Under the pieces are notes generated by a model, which saw only the letters and a list, made by a program, of their open reading frames with translations, was not told the DNA's origin and ran no database searches. A program made the translations under genes and the position numbers. Below, in pieces: positions 28,901-36,456 of a stretch of 58,699 nucleotides of DNA. This DNA is from a virus (lineage: Duplodnaviria; Caudoviricetes): positions 1-58,699 of the IMG/VR virus record IMGVR_UViG_3300008262_000059; one strand, given 5' to 3'. Numbering within the stretch: the stretch's first letter is position 1; each line of letters begins with the position of its first letter.

Positions 28901-29750
28901 GCCGAAGCTGATCGAGACGGCGTACAAGCATCCGATGCGATTTGCTCCGTACGTCGCCCTGATGTACGCCATCCCGCAGATGACGATGCTTGCCCTCGAC
29001 ATTGACGATGATGACTACGAGTCGCTTCGCAAGTCCCTGCCGGAGTACATCCGTAACAAGGGCTCGCTGTTCATCCTTCCCTACAAGGATGAGAATGGTC
29101 GCTGGCAGTACATCGACACCAGCTACTTCTTCCCGTGGGCCGCGTTCACCGATCCGATTGTTCAGGCGATCTATCGTCAGGACCCTGCGGGTGGGCTGAA
29201 GGAAGCCGCCAAGCTCATCACGCCCTCTGGTCCCGTTGTTACGGCGCTCGCGGGTATCACCACGGGCCGCGATCCTTTCACTGACAAGGAGATCGTCGAT
29301 CCGAGGCAGACGCCCCAGAACAAGGCGCTCGCTCTCGTGTCGTACGTCTGGAACCAAGCCATGCCGTCGATGCTGGCGATTGATATGGTCAACCCGCAGA
29401 ACGCATCGGGCGCTATCCCGCGCCTGTATAACGACGCGTTTGGCTCGGGAACGGGTCTCGACAAACGCGGCCAGCCGAAGCCGGAGTTTCTTGCTGACGC
29501 GGCTCGCCTGTTCGGCGCAAACATCAGCCCGCTCGAACCCGCAACAGCGCGCGCCCTAAACATCAACCATCAGCTTGCAAAGATCCGCGCGTCCGAGAGC
29601 CTCCGCTCGCAGGTCGCCAAGGACCAGAGCCTCACGCCCGCAGCGCGCCAGCGTGAGATCGCAAGCCTGAACGAGAAAATCCGCGAGGACTACAAGAAGC
29701 TGCAAGAGTACGCGACCGAGACAAGCCGAGCTACAGCTTTGAAGAAGTAA
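22968..29750 (+). CDS. Large polyvalent virion protein (DdrB-like ParB-fold domain plus zincin-like HExxH domain)
   Basis: LQPRDR..GAPIV..VESGNGR at about 24960-25130; HTVFHEMSH at about 26720-26745 with downstream EWVAE; Pro/Ala linkers. Confidence 0.75.
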   Translation: MPVYEVQAPDGTVLQIEGPEGASQESILSYAKNVAYPAFLAEKQKPEPQQSVLRQVADVPLKIGAGAVSGVRMIADAFGAGSAVSENLKGAEGYIESLLSAQSKKDSAEIARIMDDAKDKGVYDQVVAAVNALKVAPIDLVAQGLGTMAPTIIGGLALRVGAPAVGVLMGAGTIKGAIYDETKKVLMEKGVSPGLADEIAQEAQSYDGKNIDQILIGAGLGVADALTGASRILTNVARQAAGKAVAEGVVKEIGRNLPSRLVRGAAGEAPLEALQGGQEQLAQNLAIQREGFERPTFQGVAGQAALEGLVGGITGGAARGAFGRRPGELPPVLPPVRPGEEPSPAPAVPPATPGLTPPSPPGTPPGAAAAAGALQTPASIQNVLSVTGGAVPATLQGSVQLAQQPTLPAPGPTTIQIPTPPPISVPGTLGTTLAPTSVTGGLEPTIRPLEPVTTPPALQLPTLPRDLAGAKPRFSRIPLSFASDIDKALYITAQQTKSPRDADYRKWLTSLGYNQSDITRLGNQVRNRIKNLVGQAPGAEVVPIPTFAALPAAGAARTRAAAPLLAVPPAAAPTPAPAPTPAVSPLAAALTPVPAPAVAPPAPAAAPAPTPSRALALAFQRTPEQHRFKFVKTGVQSIPEIETAPLIVELSSVISSEVPGYDPALQPRDRTRTGSDIQIADIISKFDPQLLTFDLSTKRGAPIVNENMNVESGNGRIMALRRIYESQPALAEAYKAELTRLGFDISGMSNPVLIQRRGTPLTPEETQAYVGAANTPDVMQMSAAELAKEDAKKITVEMLDRIPEGRDYTSQRFVVDFLRKLPANELNTMLNAKGELSPDGERRIRNAVFAKAFGDSQAIARIAESTDDNIRSISNALIDNLVNFAKLRLSIENGRTDPGFSTDPLIDAINRISQMRNTGTTLENYLSQVDAFNPIPPMTEKFMRLFYSERARALGRAKISDGLGFYAREALKVTPPDEGLGLGLGLPEITPMSLIDAAIKRAQGVVEGQGTMVLQPPAPAQAPIPTPASPPVTVEPVTTNVVTPAAAPLAITVTSRKRINLGPVEGTITRITFSDGTAVDIQRMDSASTMGLPGWHDINKSVTGNSYLGDTEKDAIARLLEQKNAQKFVPKAAPVGVLPTPEPTDLGPSNKPVIVGDVPQSVKDSTRITYLGGAKEFFDRELPGIDGVILETAYRLYPGTDISFGLEGITGYGNARVSGGEGRRVVIRVSPSNLKMTFGKAGGDYRTKILHTVFHEMSHPIEYFWINNAPRDTQIAILEQFKKERSGTAAQRAGLIRYVLEQQSDRSDLDTFKQRLLKTFGLTEQEFNKLLGTKRDVGAGSTDIYREGLSTKYYRSYSEWVAEKGAQWLSKELEGRLPKNVFEKFQKEILGKLRTIYETVARVLGIPTSTGAFEKLLSDVWGTKTVTPRGLVDGVVSKREKTDRISDAGMVAYEETVDGNNGPLNRLPGADTARLNSERFTKLTNKVREFFDPRFTIDSYPILSEFRNLLFGKIGMSTQRARDLSNTISNGTPEVQTQVYNYLTTRDANPSMIADEKIRAAAVQVKQEINRTAQEMVDKGLLSQESMDKYYDRYLPRMYLYYEATGRGIKSPNMGISAREYLKLRDEQLSEEERKLLGEIKNPAFLSYVALSRPQKDLAMMEYFQQVRDQTGVNWIAPNSLVEFNGEMVTPYWLMSEANIMDEIATLTEQTDPEAAKMMRDRADEMRRVAAPAISREQAIQIPETYRRLPDSPRYGALRGAIIQKGIYDDIVGTMVAIPISDKPFVQALLGDEQSLVVKANQIWKMSKITLNVPSQIRNAISNAIAMNVFGGIPLHRIAPLLARASKEVSQDGQYWQEAQKYGITGGTMSAAEMIKIRTELEQYLRKGGGDGIFGAFAAARIAAGKAIGAASDTYQAVEVRFKMAMFIHGREKGLTPSQAVDAANDALFDYTLVNPNIRWLRNSPIGLPFVTYYYKALPKLIETAYKHPMRFAPYVALMYAIPQMTMLALDIDDDDYESLRKSLPEYIRNKGSLFILPYKDENGRWQYIDTSYFFPWAAFTDPIVQAIYRQDPAGGLKEAAKLITPSGPVVTALAGITTGRDPFTDKEIVDPRQTPQNKALALVSYVWNQAMPSMLAIDMVNPQNASGAIPRLYNDAFGSGTGLDKRGQPKPEFLADAARLFGANISPLEPATARALNINHQLAKIRASESLRSQVAKDQSLTPAARQREIASLNEKIREDYKKLQEYATETSRATALKK

Positions 29751-29768
29751 GGGTTGTCAGAAGTTCGG

Positions 29769-29853
29769 AAAGCAAGGCTTTCTGGGTTTCTGACAATCCG
29801 GGTGCAGTTTGTCGTCATCCTAAAAAGCAAGGCTTTCTGGAAATCTGACAATC
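29769..29853. repeat. Two 30-bp direct repeats between convergent genes
   Basis: AAAGCAAGGCTTTCTGG-nnn-TCTGACAATC at 29769 and 29824, 27/30 identical. Confidence 0.85.
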
Positions 29854-31306
29854 AGATCAGCCACTCTTTGTACCCCTCCGAAAGCACCTCGCTCGCGATG
29901 TTGATCTTGTCGCGCAGCGCCTTCAGAACCTTCTCCTCGACCGTGTTCTCCGTAACGAGGTCGATGTAGGTCACGTTGTTCTTCTGCCCGATCCGGTGAG
30001 CGCGGTCCTCGGACTGGATGCGGACCTCCAGATCGAAGCTGTTCGAGTAGTAGATGACCGTCGAGGCTTCTGTCAGGGTCAAGCCGTACCCGCCAGTCCG
30101 AGACTGTCCGACAAAGAACCGCAACGGATGATCCGGGTCTTGGAAGCTCAAGACGATGGTCTGTCGAACGTCGGGGTGGGTGCTGCCCGCATACACAGCC
30201 ACGGACTCCTGACCGTACCGTTCAGCTATCGCTTTCTCGATGGCCTTCAAATCTTCGACGAAGACGCCCCAGATGATGACCTTTCCTGTCACCTCCTCCA
30301 AGACTTCCATGAGTTCTGACAGCTTGTTCGTTGACAGCCTCTCAATCTGTCCGTCGTCCGATCTGACAAACCCGGAGCAAATCTGCTGAAGCCGAAGCAT
30401 CTGTGTCAGAACATTCTGAGCTGTCACGAGACCCCCATCCTTTTCCAGAAGGGTGACAGCGTTATCCTTCATCTGCTTGTACGCGACAGCCTGCTCGTCC
30501 GTAAGCTCGACATTACGACGGATGTAGAGCTTATCGGGAAGATCAAGGCAGTCCTTCTTCAGAATGCGGTACGAAAAGGCGTCAAGCTTCGAGGAAAGCT
30601 CGTCGAGGTTCTGGTATCCGACGACCTGATTGAAGCTGTGCGATCCAAGGGTGCGGCGCACGATCCTCGCGTACCGGCCCTGAAAAGAGTAGAACGATCC
30701 GTGCCCCAACATGAATGGCCCGAGGAACGCGCACTGACTATATAGGTCCATAGGAGACTGGGTGATCGGAGAGCCGGTCATCACGCGACGGTACGCGGCC
30801 CTCGATCCAATGTTAATGATGTTCTTCGTTCGCTTCGCTTTCGGGTTCTTGATCGTGGTGCTTTCGTCCACCGCCACCAGAGCCCGATGGCTTGAGACAA
30901 ACTCCAAAGCGTAGTTGGTTCCTTTCACCGTGGACAGAGCCTCGATGTTCATCACCATTATTTTTAACCGCCAGTCATCTTTAAAAGCACTGTGTAAGTG
31001 ATCGAGAACTTTTTTACTGTTTGAAGGAGACCACGCAAAAATGTCAGTCTCTTTAAGAACATTATCCGGAAGGTGCTTGAGAAGCTCCGTCTTCTCCCAG
31101 TTCTTGTAGACGCCCTTGGGCGCAACGATCATCGCAGCCGTGATCTTGCCCTCAAGAAACAGCGCGCCAATCGTGTCGATCAGGATCTTCGACTTGCCTG
31201 TCCCCATTTCACAGAACAGAGCGTACTCACCGCGATCCCATGAACGATCTAAAGCCTCTTGCTGATGAGCGAACGGTTCCATTCTTGACTGATAGTTCAT
31301 AACCAT
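29852..31306 (-). CDS. SNF2-family (SF2) helicase
   Basis: EMGTGKS, VDESTTIKN, MTGSP, GGYGLTL, QSEDRAHRIGQ; GAGGAGG RBS before ATG 31306. Confidence 0.92.
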   Translation of the reverse strand: MVMNYQSRMEPFAHQQEALDRSWDRGEYALFCEMGTGKSKILIDTIGALFLEGKITAAMIVAPKGVYKNWEKTELLKHLPDNVLKETDIFAWSPSNSKKVLDHLHSAFKDDWRLKIMVMNIEALSTVKGTNYALEFVSSHRALVAVDESTTIKNPKAKRTKNIINIGSRAAYRRVMTGSPITQSPMDLYSQCAFLGPFMLGHGSFYSFQGRYARIVRRTLGSHSFNQVVGYQNLDELSSKLDAFSYRILKKDCLDLPDKLYIRRNVELTDEQAVAYKQMKDNAVTLLEKDGGLVTAQNVLTQMLRLQQICSGFVRSDDGQIERLSTNKLSELMEVLEEVTGKVIIWGVFVEDLKAIEKAIAERYGQESVAVYAGSTHPDVRQTIVLSFQDPDHPLRFFVGQSRTGGYGLTLTEASTVIYYSNSFDLEVRIQSEDRAHRIGQKNNVTYIDLVTENTVEEKVLKALRDKINIASEVLSEGYKEWLI

Positions 31307-31326
31307 GATGACCTCCTCGTTGAGCA

Positions 31327-31355
31327 ATACTAACATCCCACAAACTAAATATCAA
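31327..31355 (-). promoter_or_regulatory. Sigma70 promoter for the helicase
   Basis: TTGATA N17 TAGTAT with extended TG on the minus strand. Confidence 0.65.
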
Positions 31356-31360
31356 CACCA

Positions 31361-31389
31361 TTGACGTGGGCGTTCATAAGTGATAGGGT
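31361..31389 (+). promoter_or_regulatory. Sigma70 promoter for the replication operon
   Basis: TTGACG N17 TAGGGT with extended TG, back-to-back with the helicase promoter. Confidence 0.6.
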
Positions 31390-31413
31390 GATTCGTTAAC
31401 GGGAGAACTCCGA

Positions 31414-31728
31414 ATGACAGTCTACGTAACCCAAGAACTGAAAGGTCGAGACTTATCCAGCGCACTCAGCTTTGGGGAACTACAGGTTGTAGTTCCTGCA
31501 TCCATGGATGTCACTAATAGTAATATGAACGCCATTATCGACCTTGCTTGGACGGTATTGGACGAGTTCGACTGCGAGAAAGATTACGTCCTTCTCTCTG
31601 GCGATCCGGTGATTATTGCGACGGTGTGCGCCATAGCGGCAGAAGCGATCTCATTTAACCAACACCTACGGGTTCTGCGCTGGGACAGGCTTGACGAAAA
31701 GTACATTCAATTCGACCTGAACTTGTAA
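31414..31728 (+). CDS. Hypothetical protein
   Basis: 104 aa, DYVLLSGDP..LRWDR; GGGAG RBS. Confidence 0.7.
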   Translation: MTVYVTQELKGRDLSSALSFGELQVVVPASMDVTNSNMNAIIDLAWTVLDEFDCEKDYVLLSGDPVIIATVCAIAAEAISFNQHLRVLRWDRLDEKYIQFDLNL

Positions 31729-31742
31729 GAAAGGACTACAAG

Positions 31743-32303
31743 ATGGCGTTTAACTTTGAAGATCTAGAAGGCGTAGCTTCCGACCTACAGCAGATAGACG
31801 AGAGCGGTCTGTCGAAAGTTGCGTCCCTCGTGCGGAAACAGCTTGCACTCGAAGCACGAATCACGGACCTTGAAGCAGAACTCAAAGCTGCCAAAGCGCA
31901 GCTGGACTCAATATCGGGGGACTTGCTTCCTGCGGCTCTATCAGAACATGGGCTGTCACAGCTGAAGATGGCGGACGGGAGCGAGGTAAGCGTGTCTCGT
32001 TACTACGCTGCCTCTATCCCCAAAGACAGGGCAGAAGAAGCGTTTGCGTGGTTGCAAGAGAACGACTTTGCAGACATCGTGAAGAACCAGATCAGCACGT
32101 CGTTCGGTAGAAACGAGTCCAACCGCGCCAATGATCTGTTTCATAAGTTGGAACAAGAGGGGTATGCCCCCTCCCAAAAGCAGTGGGTGGAGCCAATGAC
32201 GCTCAAGGCTTTTGTCAAAGAGCAGGTGGAAGCGGGAAGAGAAATACCGTCAGACCTGTTCGGCATCTTCATTGGTGAAAAAGCGAAAATCCGGAGAAAG
32301 TAA
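31743..32303 (+). CDS. Replication-module protein (coiled coil, AFAWL..DIVKN, PMTLKAFV)
   Basis: 186 aa; AGGA RBS; precedes the SSB-like gene. Confidence 0.75.
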   Translation: MAFNFEDLEGVASDLQQIDESGLSKVASLVRKQLALEARITDLEAELKAAKAQLDSISGDLLPAALSEHGLSQLKMADGSEVSVSRYYAASIPKDRAEEAFAWLQENDFADIVKNQISTSFGRNESNRANDLFHKLEQEGYAPSQKQWVEPMTLKAFVKEQVEAGREIPSDLFGIFIGEKAKIRRK

Positions 32304-33128
32304 ATGGCTAACGCAGTTGCAAAGAAAGAAGCAGCTTCAAAGGAAGTGGCGGTGTACGACACCAGCGTGTTCGAGCAGTTCGCCAACGCAGGCATGGAGG
32401 ATGTCCGCTCAGAGGATATGTCCGTACCATTCCTGCGTATCCTCGCGCAGCTGTCACCGCAGGTGAACAAGCGTGATGGTGCGTACGTCAACGGCGCAGA
32501 AGCGGGCATGATCTACAACACCGTGGCGAACGAAGTGTACAGCGGAGAAGATGGCGTGACCGTCATCCCCTGCTACTACAGCCGTCGCTACGTTGAGTGG
32601 AAGCCGCGCGAAAAAGGTGGCGGCTACGTCGCCAGCTACAACGCCGATGATCCTATCGTCTCGAAGTCCTATCGTGACGACAAGGGCAACGACATCCTGC
32701 CGAACGGAAACCTGTTGACCAACACGGCGCAGTTCTTCGTTCTTATGATGCACCCCGACCTCGGCCCGCAGCGGTGCCTCATCACCATGAGCAGCACGCA
32801 GCTGAAGAAGGCCCGCAAGTGGCTGACGCAGATGCAGTCCTTGCAGGCCAAGGGCAAGAACGGAATGTTCACGCTGCCCATGATGAGCCACAAGTATCGT
32901 CTTCGCACTGTCGAGGAGCGTAACGACAAGGGCTCGTGGTTCGGTTGGGACATCACGCGCGAAGGTCCGCTCGACATGGCTGACGAAGCAGACCTGTTCG
33001 AGATGGCGCTGAACTTCGCCAAGTCCATCAAGGCTGGCGAAGTGAAGGTGAAGGAAGAGATGGGCGAGGAGAGCTTTGGTAAGAGTTCCAATGCTCGTCC
33101 TGTGGACGACGACAACGTGCCTTTCTGA
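32304..33128 (+). CDS. Putative single-stranded DNA-binding protein
   Basis: Acidic C-terminal DDDNVPF tail typical of SSBs; replication context. Confidence 0.65.
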   Translation: MANAVAKKEAASKEVAVYDTSVFEQFANAGMEDVRSEDMSVPFLRILAQLSPQVNKRDGAYVNGAEAGMIYNTVANEVYSGEDGVTVIPCYYSRRYVEWKPREKGGGYVASYNADDPIVSKSYRDDKGNDILPNGNLLTNTAQFFVLMMHPDLGPQRCLITMSSTQLKKARKWLTQMQSLQAKGKNGMFTLPMMSHKYRLRTVEERNDKGSWFGWDITREGPLDMADEADLFEMALNFAKSIKAGEVKVKEEMGEESFGKSSNARPVDDDNVPF

Positions 33129-33149
33129 TAGGGCGTAAGGTCTATCCTC

Positions 33150-33180
33150 GGGGCGCTTGATCTAACGGGTCGAGCGCCCC
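33150..33180 (+). other. Stable RNA hairpin between SSB and primase
   Basis: 13-bp stem GGGGCGCTTGATC/GGTCGAGCGCCCC with two G-U pairs, TAACG loop, no U tract. Confidence 0.6.
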
Positions 33181-33207
33181 ATTCCCTGTCACTTCGGAGT
33201 CTTAGAA

Positions 33208-34734
33208 ATGGACTTGGCACGGCGGTTTTTTGACCTCTTCAGAGGTAACGACCGAGCGCATGGAACTTTCAGCGTTCAAACCGACAGAGAGCGGGATGGG
33301 AAGAAACAAGGTGTAGCGCGCGTTCTCAAAGAAACAACGACCACTGACCATTGGGCCGCGCACATATCCGGCACGCAGGGTCTTGGCATCATCCCCATCA
33401 AGGACAACAACAGCTGTCACTGGGGCGCTATCGACATCGACGTTTACAACCTCGATCACAAGGTCCTGATCTCGAAGATCAAGACGCTGAACATCCCCGG
33501 CATCGTCTGCCGCAGCAAGTCTGGCGGCGCGCACCTGTTTTTCTTTTTCAAGGAGGAGCTTCCGGCCTCGGTCCTCCAACCAAAGCTGCGCGACATCGCG
33601 TCAGTCCTCGGCTATGCGGGGTCGGAGATATTCCCAAAGCAGACGGAGATTCTTGTCGAGCGCGGGGACACCGGCAACTTCCTGAACATGCCCTACTTCA
33701 TGGGCGAGGACACGACGCGGTACGGGTTCAATCGTGATGGCGTGTCGCTTGGAATGTCAGAGTTCCTCGACTACGCGGAGAGTATGCTCCTCGACCTTGA
33801 TCCTTTCCTCGATGTCCAGACGAACACCGTCAAGGACGAGACAGTCCTTCCCAACGGACCCCCATGTCTCCAGCATCTTTGCTCAGAAGGGTTCGGAGAG
33901 GGGAGCAGGAACAACGCCCTGTTCAGCCTCGGCGTCTATGCGCGTCTGTCAGACAAGCAGAACTGGGAAAACCTGATACAGAAATATAACATGGACTACA
34001 TGAAGCCGCCGCTGCCAGCGAATGAGGTGGCGACGATCATCAAGCAGCTTCAAAAGAAAGAGTACTACTACAAGTGCGAGGACCAACCCCTCGTCAACTT
34101 CTGCAACAAAAGCCTGTGCATGACGCGCAAGTACGGCGTCGGCCCCGGCGAGTTGAACAACGAGCTATCGAGCCTGACAAAGATCGACGGCGATCCGCCG
34201 ATATGGTTGCTCAACGTCGATGGCAGTCGCGTCGAACTAAGCACAGAAGCCCTTGTCTCCCAGCTAGTTTTTCAACGCGAGTGCGTGGCGCAGGTGAACA
34301 AGTATCCTGTCGGCATGAGCGCAAAAGCGTGGCAGGCTCGGATGCAGGTGCTTCTCAACAATCTCACCATCATCGAGGTCCCGCCGGACGCGACCCTCAA
34401 GGGAGCCTTCGAAGACCTGCTGTTCTCGTTCTGCTGCGACCGAGCCAAGGGCACCGAACGCGAGGACATTCTGCAAGGCATCGCCGTCTGGATGAAAGGT
34501 CGCGTCTACTTCCAGATCAAGGACGTGATGAAGCATCTGCTGGTGAACGACTTCAAGACCTACACGTCGAACCGGATCGCGCTGCGTGTGAAGGAGTTGG
34601 GTGCGGAGAAGATGTTCTGGCAGGTCAAGGGGAAGGGTGTCCACGTCTGGGGCTTTCCAGAGGAGTTCTTCGGCAGCGCGAGTTCTGTCAACCTCGACCT
34701 GCCCGAACGCAAGCGCCGGGACGACATCCTATGA
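33208..34734 (+). CDS. AEP-family primase with PriCT-like domain
   Basis: WGAIDID, RSKSGGAH, GPPCL, GSRNNALF and a Cys cluster. Confidence 0.85.
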   Translation: MDLARRFFDLFRGNDRAHGTFSVQTDRERDGKKQGVARVLKETTTTDHWAAHISGTQGLGIIPIKDNNSCHWGAIDIDVYNLDHKVLISKIKTLNIPGIVCRSKSGGAHLFFFFKEELPASVLQPKLRDIASVLGYAGSEIFPKQTEILVERGDTGNFLNMPYFMGEDTTRYGFNRDGVSLGMSEFLDYAESMLLDLDPFLDVQTNTVKDETVLPNGPPCLQHLCSEGFGEGSRNNALFSLGVYARLSDKQNWENLIQKYNMDYMKPPLPANEVATIIKQLQKKEYYYKCEDQPLVNFCNKSLCMTRKYGVGPGELNNELSSLTKIDGDPPIWLLNVDGSRVELSTEALVSQLVFQRECVAQVNKYPVGMSAKAWQARMQVLLNNLTIIEVPPDATLKGAFEDLLFSFCCDRAKGTEREDILQGIAVWMKGRVYFQIKDVMKHLLVNDFKTYTSNRIALRVKELGAEKMFWQVKGKGVHVWGFPEEFFGSASSVNLDLPERKRRDDIL

Positions 34735-36248
34735 ACATCATCCTTGGACCTCCCGGAACAGGGAAGACGACCCGTCTTCTGACGCTCGTCGAGAGCTACA
34801 TGGAAGCGGGTGTCCCGCCCGACCGGATCGGATACCTGTCGTTCACAAGACGTGCCGCGCACGAGGCGATCTCCCGCGCCTGCGCCCGCTTCAAGATGAC
34901 AGAGAAGGACTTCCCGTACTTCCGGACGCTGCACAGTCTGGCCTACCACCAGCTTGGTATTGGCAAGAACAGCATCATGACCGGCAAGCACTACCGGGAA
35001 GTTGGTGACTGGCTGAAGATCGGCGGCTTCTCCGATGGGACCACGCTTCCCGAAGGGCCGTTCGCGGACTTCGGCTTTGGCGACAAGTTCCTTGAGATCA
35101 TCAACATCGCCCGCATCTGCAAGACGCCGCTGCGCGAGGTCTACAACGGATCGTCTGTCCCGCTGCGGACGGACTGGAGCCGCGTGGACTACGTGGATCG
35201 GGGGCTGCGCGTCTACAAGAAAGACAATCACGTCTACGACTACACCGACATGCTCGAAATGTTCATCGAGCGCGAGGTCGCCCCCAGCCTTGAGGTCGTG
35301 CTGATCGACGAGGTGCAGGACCTGTCACCGCTCCAGTGGCAGATGGTTCACGCCATCATCGCCAAAGCTAAAGAAGTCTACATCGCAGGTGATGACGACC
35401 AAGCGATCTATCGCTGGGCGGGCGCTGACGTGGATTACTTCGTCCGGCTTGAGGGTAAGGTGGAGGTGCTGGGCCAGAGCTACCGCATCCCTGCCGCACA
35501 TCACGACATCAGCCAGAAGGTCATCAACCGGATCTACAACCGCCGCCAAAAGGACTTCCTGCCACGGGAAGACAAAGGCGAGGTGCAGTGGTACAGGCAC
35601 AGCGAAGAAGTGGACCTGTCAGCCGGTGACTGGCTGCTGCTGTCGCGCACAAGAAAAGGCGCTAACAATCTGGAGCAGGAGGTTCGGCAGCGCGGGTTCC
35701 TTTACTCGTACAACGCCAGCACCAGCATCGAGTCCGAGATCGTTGACGCGGTGAGGAACTGGACCGACCTGCGCGAAGGCAAGCGCCTACGCGCGTCTGA
35801 CATCAAGAAGATTTACAAGTACATGGCGCTGGGGACAGAGGTCGCCTACGGCCATAAGACGATGCCGGGGGTGGACGATACGCTGTTCTTGGGTATCGAC
35901 GATCTGATCTCGGACCACGGCCTTTTGCATACGCGCCCGTGGGAAGAAAGCATGGCGAAGATCCCCGAGGTGGATCGCCGCTACCTTCAAATCTGCATCC
36001 GCAACAACGAGTCCTTCAAGGACAAGCCCCGCATCACGATCTCCACAATACACGGGGCGAAAGGAGGAGAGGCGACCAGCGTCCTGTTGCTGACAGATGG
36101 CGTCCGCCGAAACAACAGCCTATGGAAACGCAATGCCTACGACGAAGACGACGAGGCCAGAGTCTTCTACGTGGGTCTGACGCGGGCGAAGAAGAGCCTG
36201 CATCTCATTCATCCAATGGTGTCGAGGGGCTATGACATCCCACACTAG
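34731..36248 (+). CDS. UvrD/Rep-like SF1 helicase
   Basis: GPPGTGKT, FRTLHS, DEVQD, GDDDQAIY, STIHGAKGGE, YVGLTRAK; true start is ATG 34731 (ATGA overlap). Confidence 0.92.
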   Translation: MNIILGPPGTGKTTRLLTLVESYMEAGVPPDRIGYLSFTRRAAHEAISRACARFKMTEKDFPYFRTLHSLAYHQLGIGKNSIMTGKHYREVGDWLKIGGFSDGTTLPEGPFADFGFGDKFLEIINIARICKTPLREVYNGSSVPLRTDWSRVDYVDRGLRVYKKDNHVYDYTDMLEMFIEREVAPSLEVVLIDEVQDLSPLQWQMVHAIIAKAKEVYIAGDDDQAIYRWAGADVDYFVRLEGKVEVLGQSYRIPAAHHDISQKVINRIYNRRQKDFLPREDKGEVQWYRHSEEVDLSAGDWLLLSRTRKGANNLEQEVRQRGFLYSYNASTSIESEIVDAVRNWTDLREGKRLRASDIKKIYKYMALGTEVAYGHKTMPGVDDTLFLGIDDLISDHGLLHTRPWEESMAKIPEVDRRYLQICIRNNESFKDKPRITISTIHGAKGGEATSVLLLTDGVRRNNSLWKRNAYDEDDEARVFYVGLTRAKKSLHLIHPMVSRGYDIPH

Positions 36249-36456
36249 CCCCGCGATCCTCCGCGCAGTCTGCCACTGCGCCTTGGAATCCCACCTCCTC
36301 ACACGTCGAGGACTGAAAAAGAAGTGGCCTATGTGCTACTGCGGCAAGCCCATGAGGATAGAAAATGTCACAGATACCGCTCTTCCAAACAGTCTCCGAG
36401 TGGGTGATGCCGGACGGCTTCCCGAACCTGTCAGAAGCACGGGAGATAGCGATTGA
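36232..36456 (+). CDS. Possible small Cys-rich protein
   Basis: CHC..CYC; overlaps both neighbours. Confidence 0.3.
   Translation: MTSHTSPAILRAVCHCALESHLLTRRGLKKKWPMCYCGKPMRIENVTDTALPNSLRVGDAGRLPEPVRSTGDSD

Noticed and set aside
34074-34730. N-terminal extension making the helicase 724 aa
   Set aside because: Arg-rich off-frame read of the primase gene; the helicase motifs begin at ATG 34731
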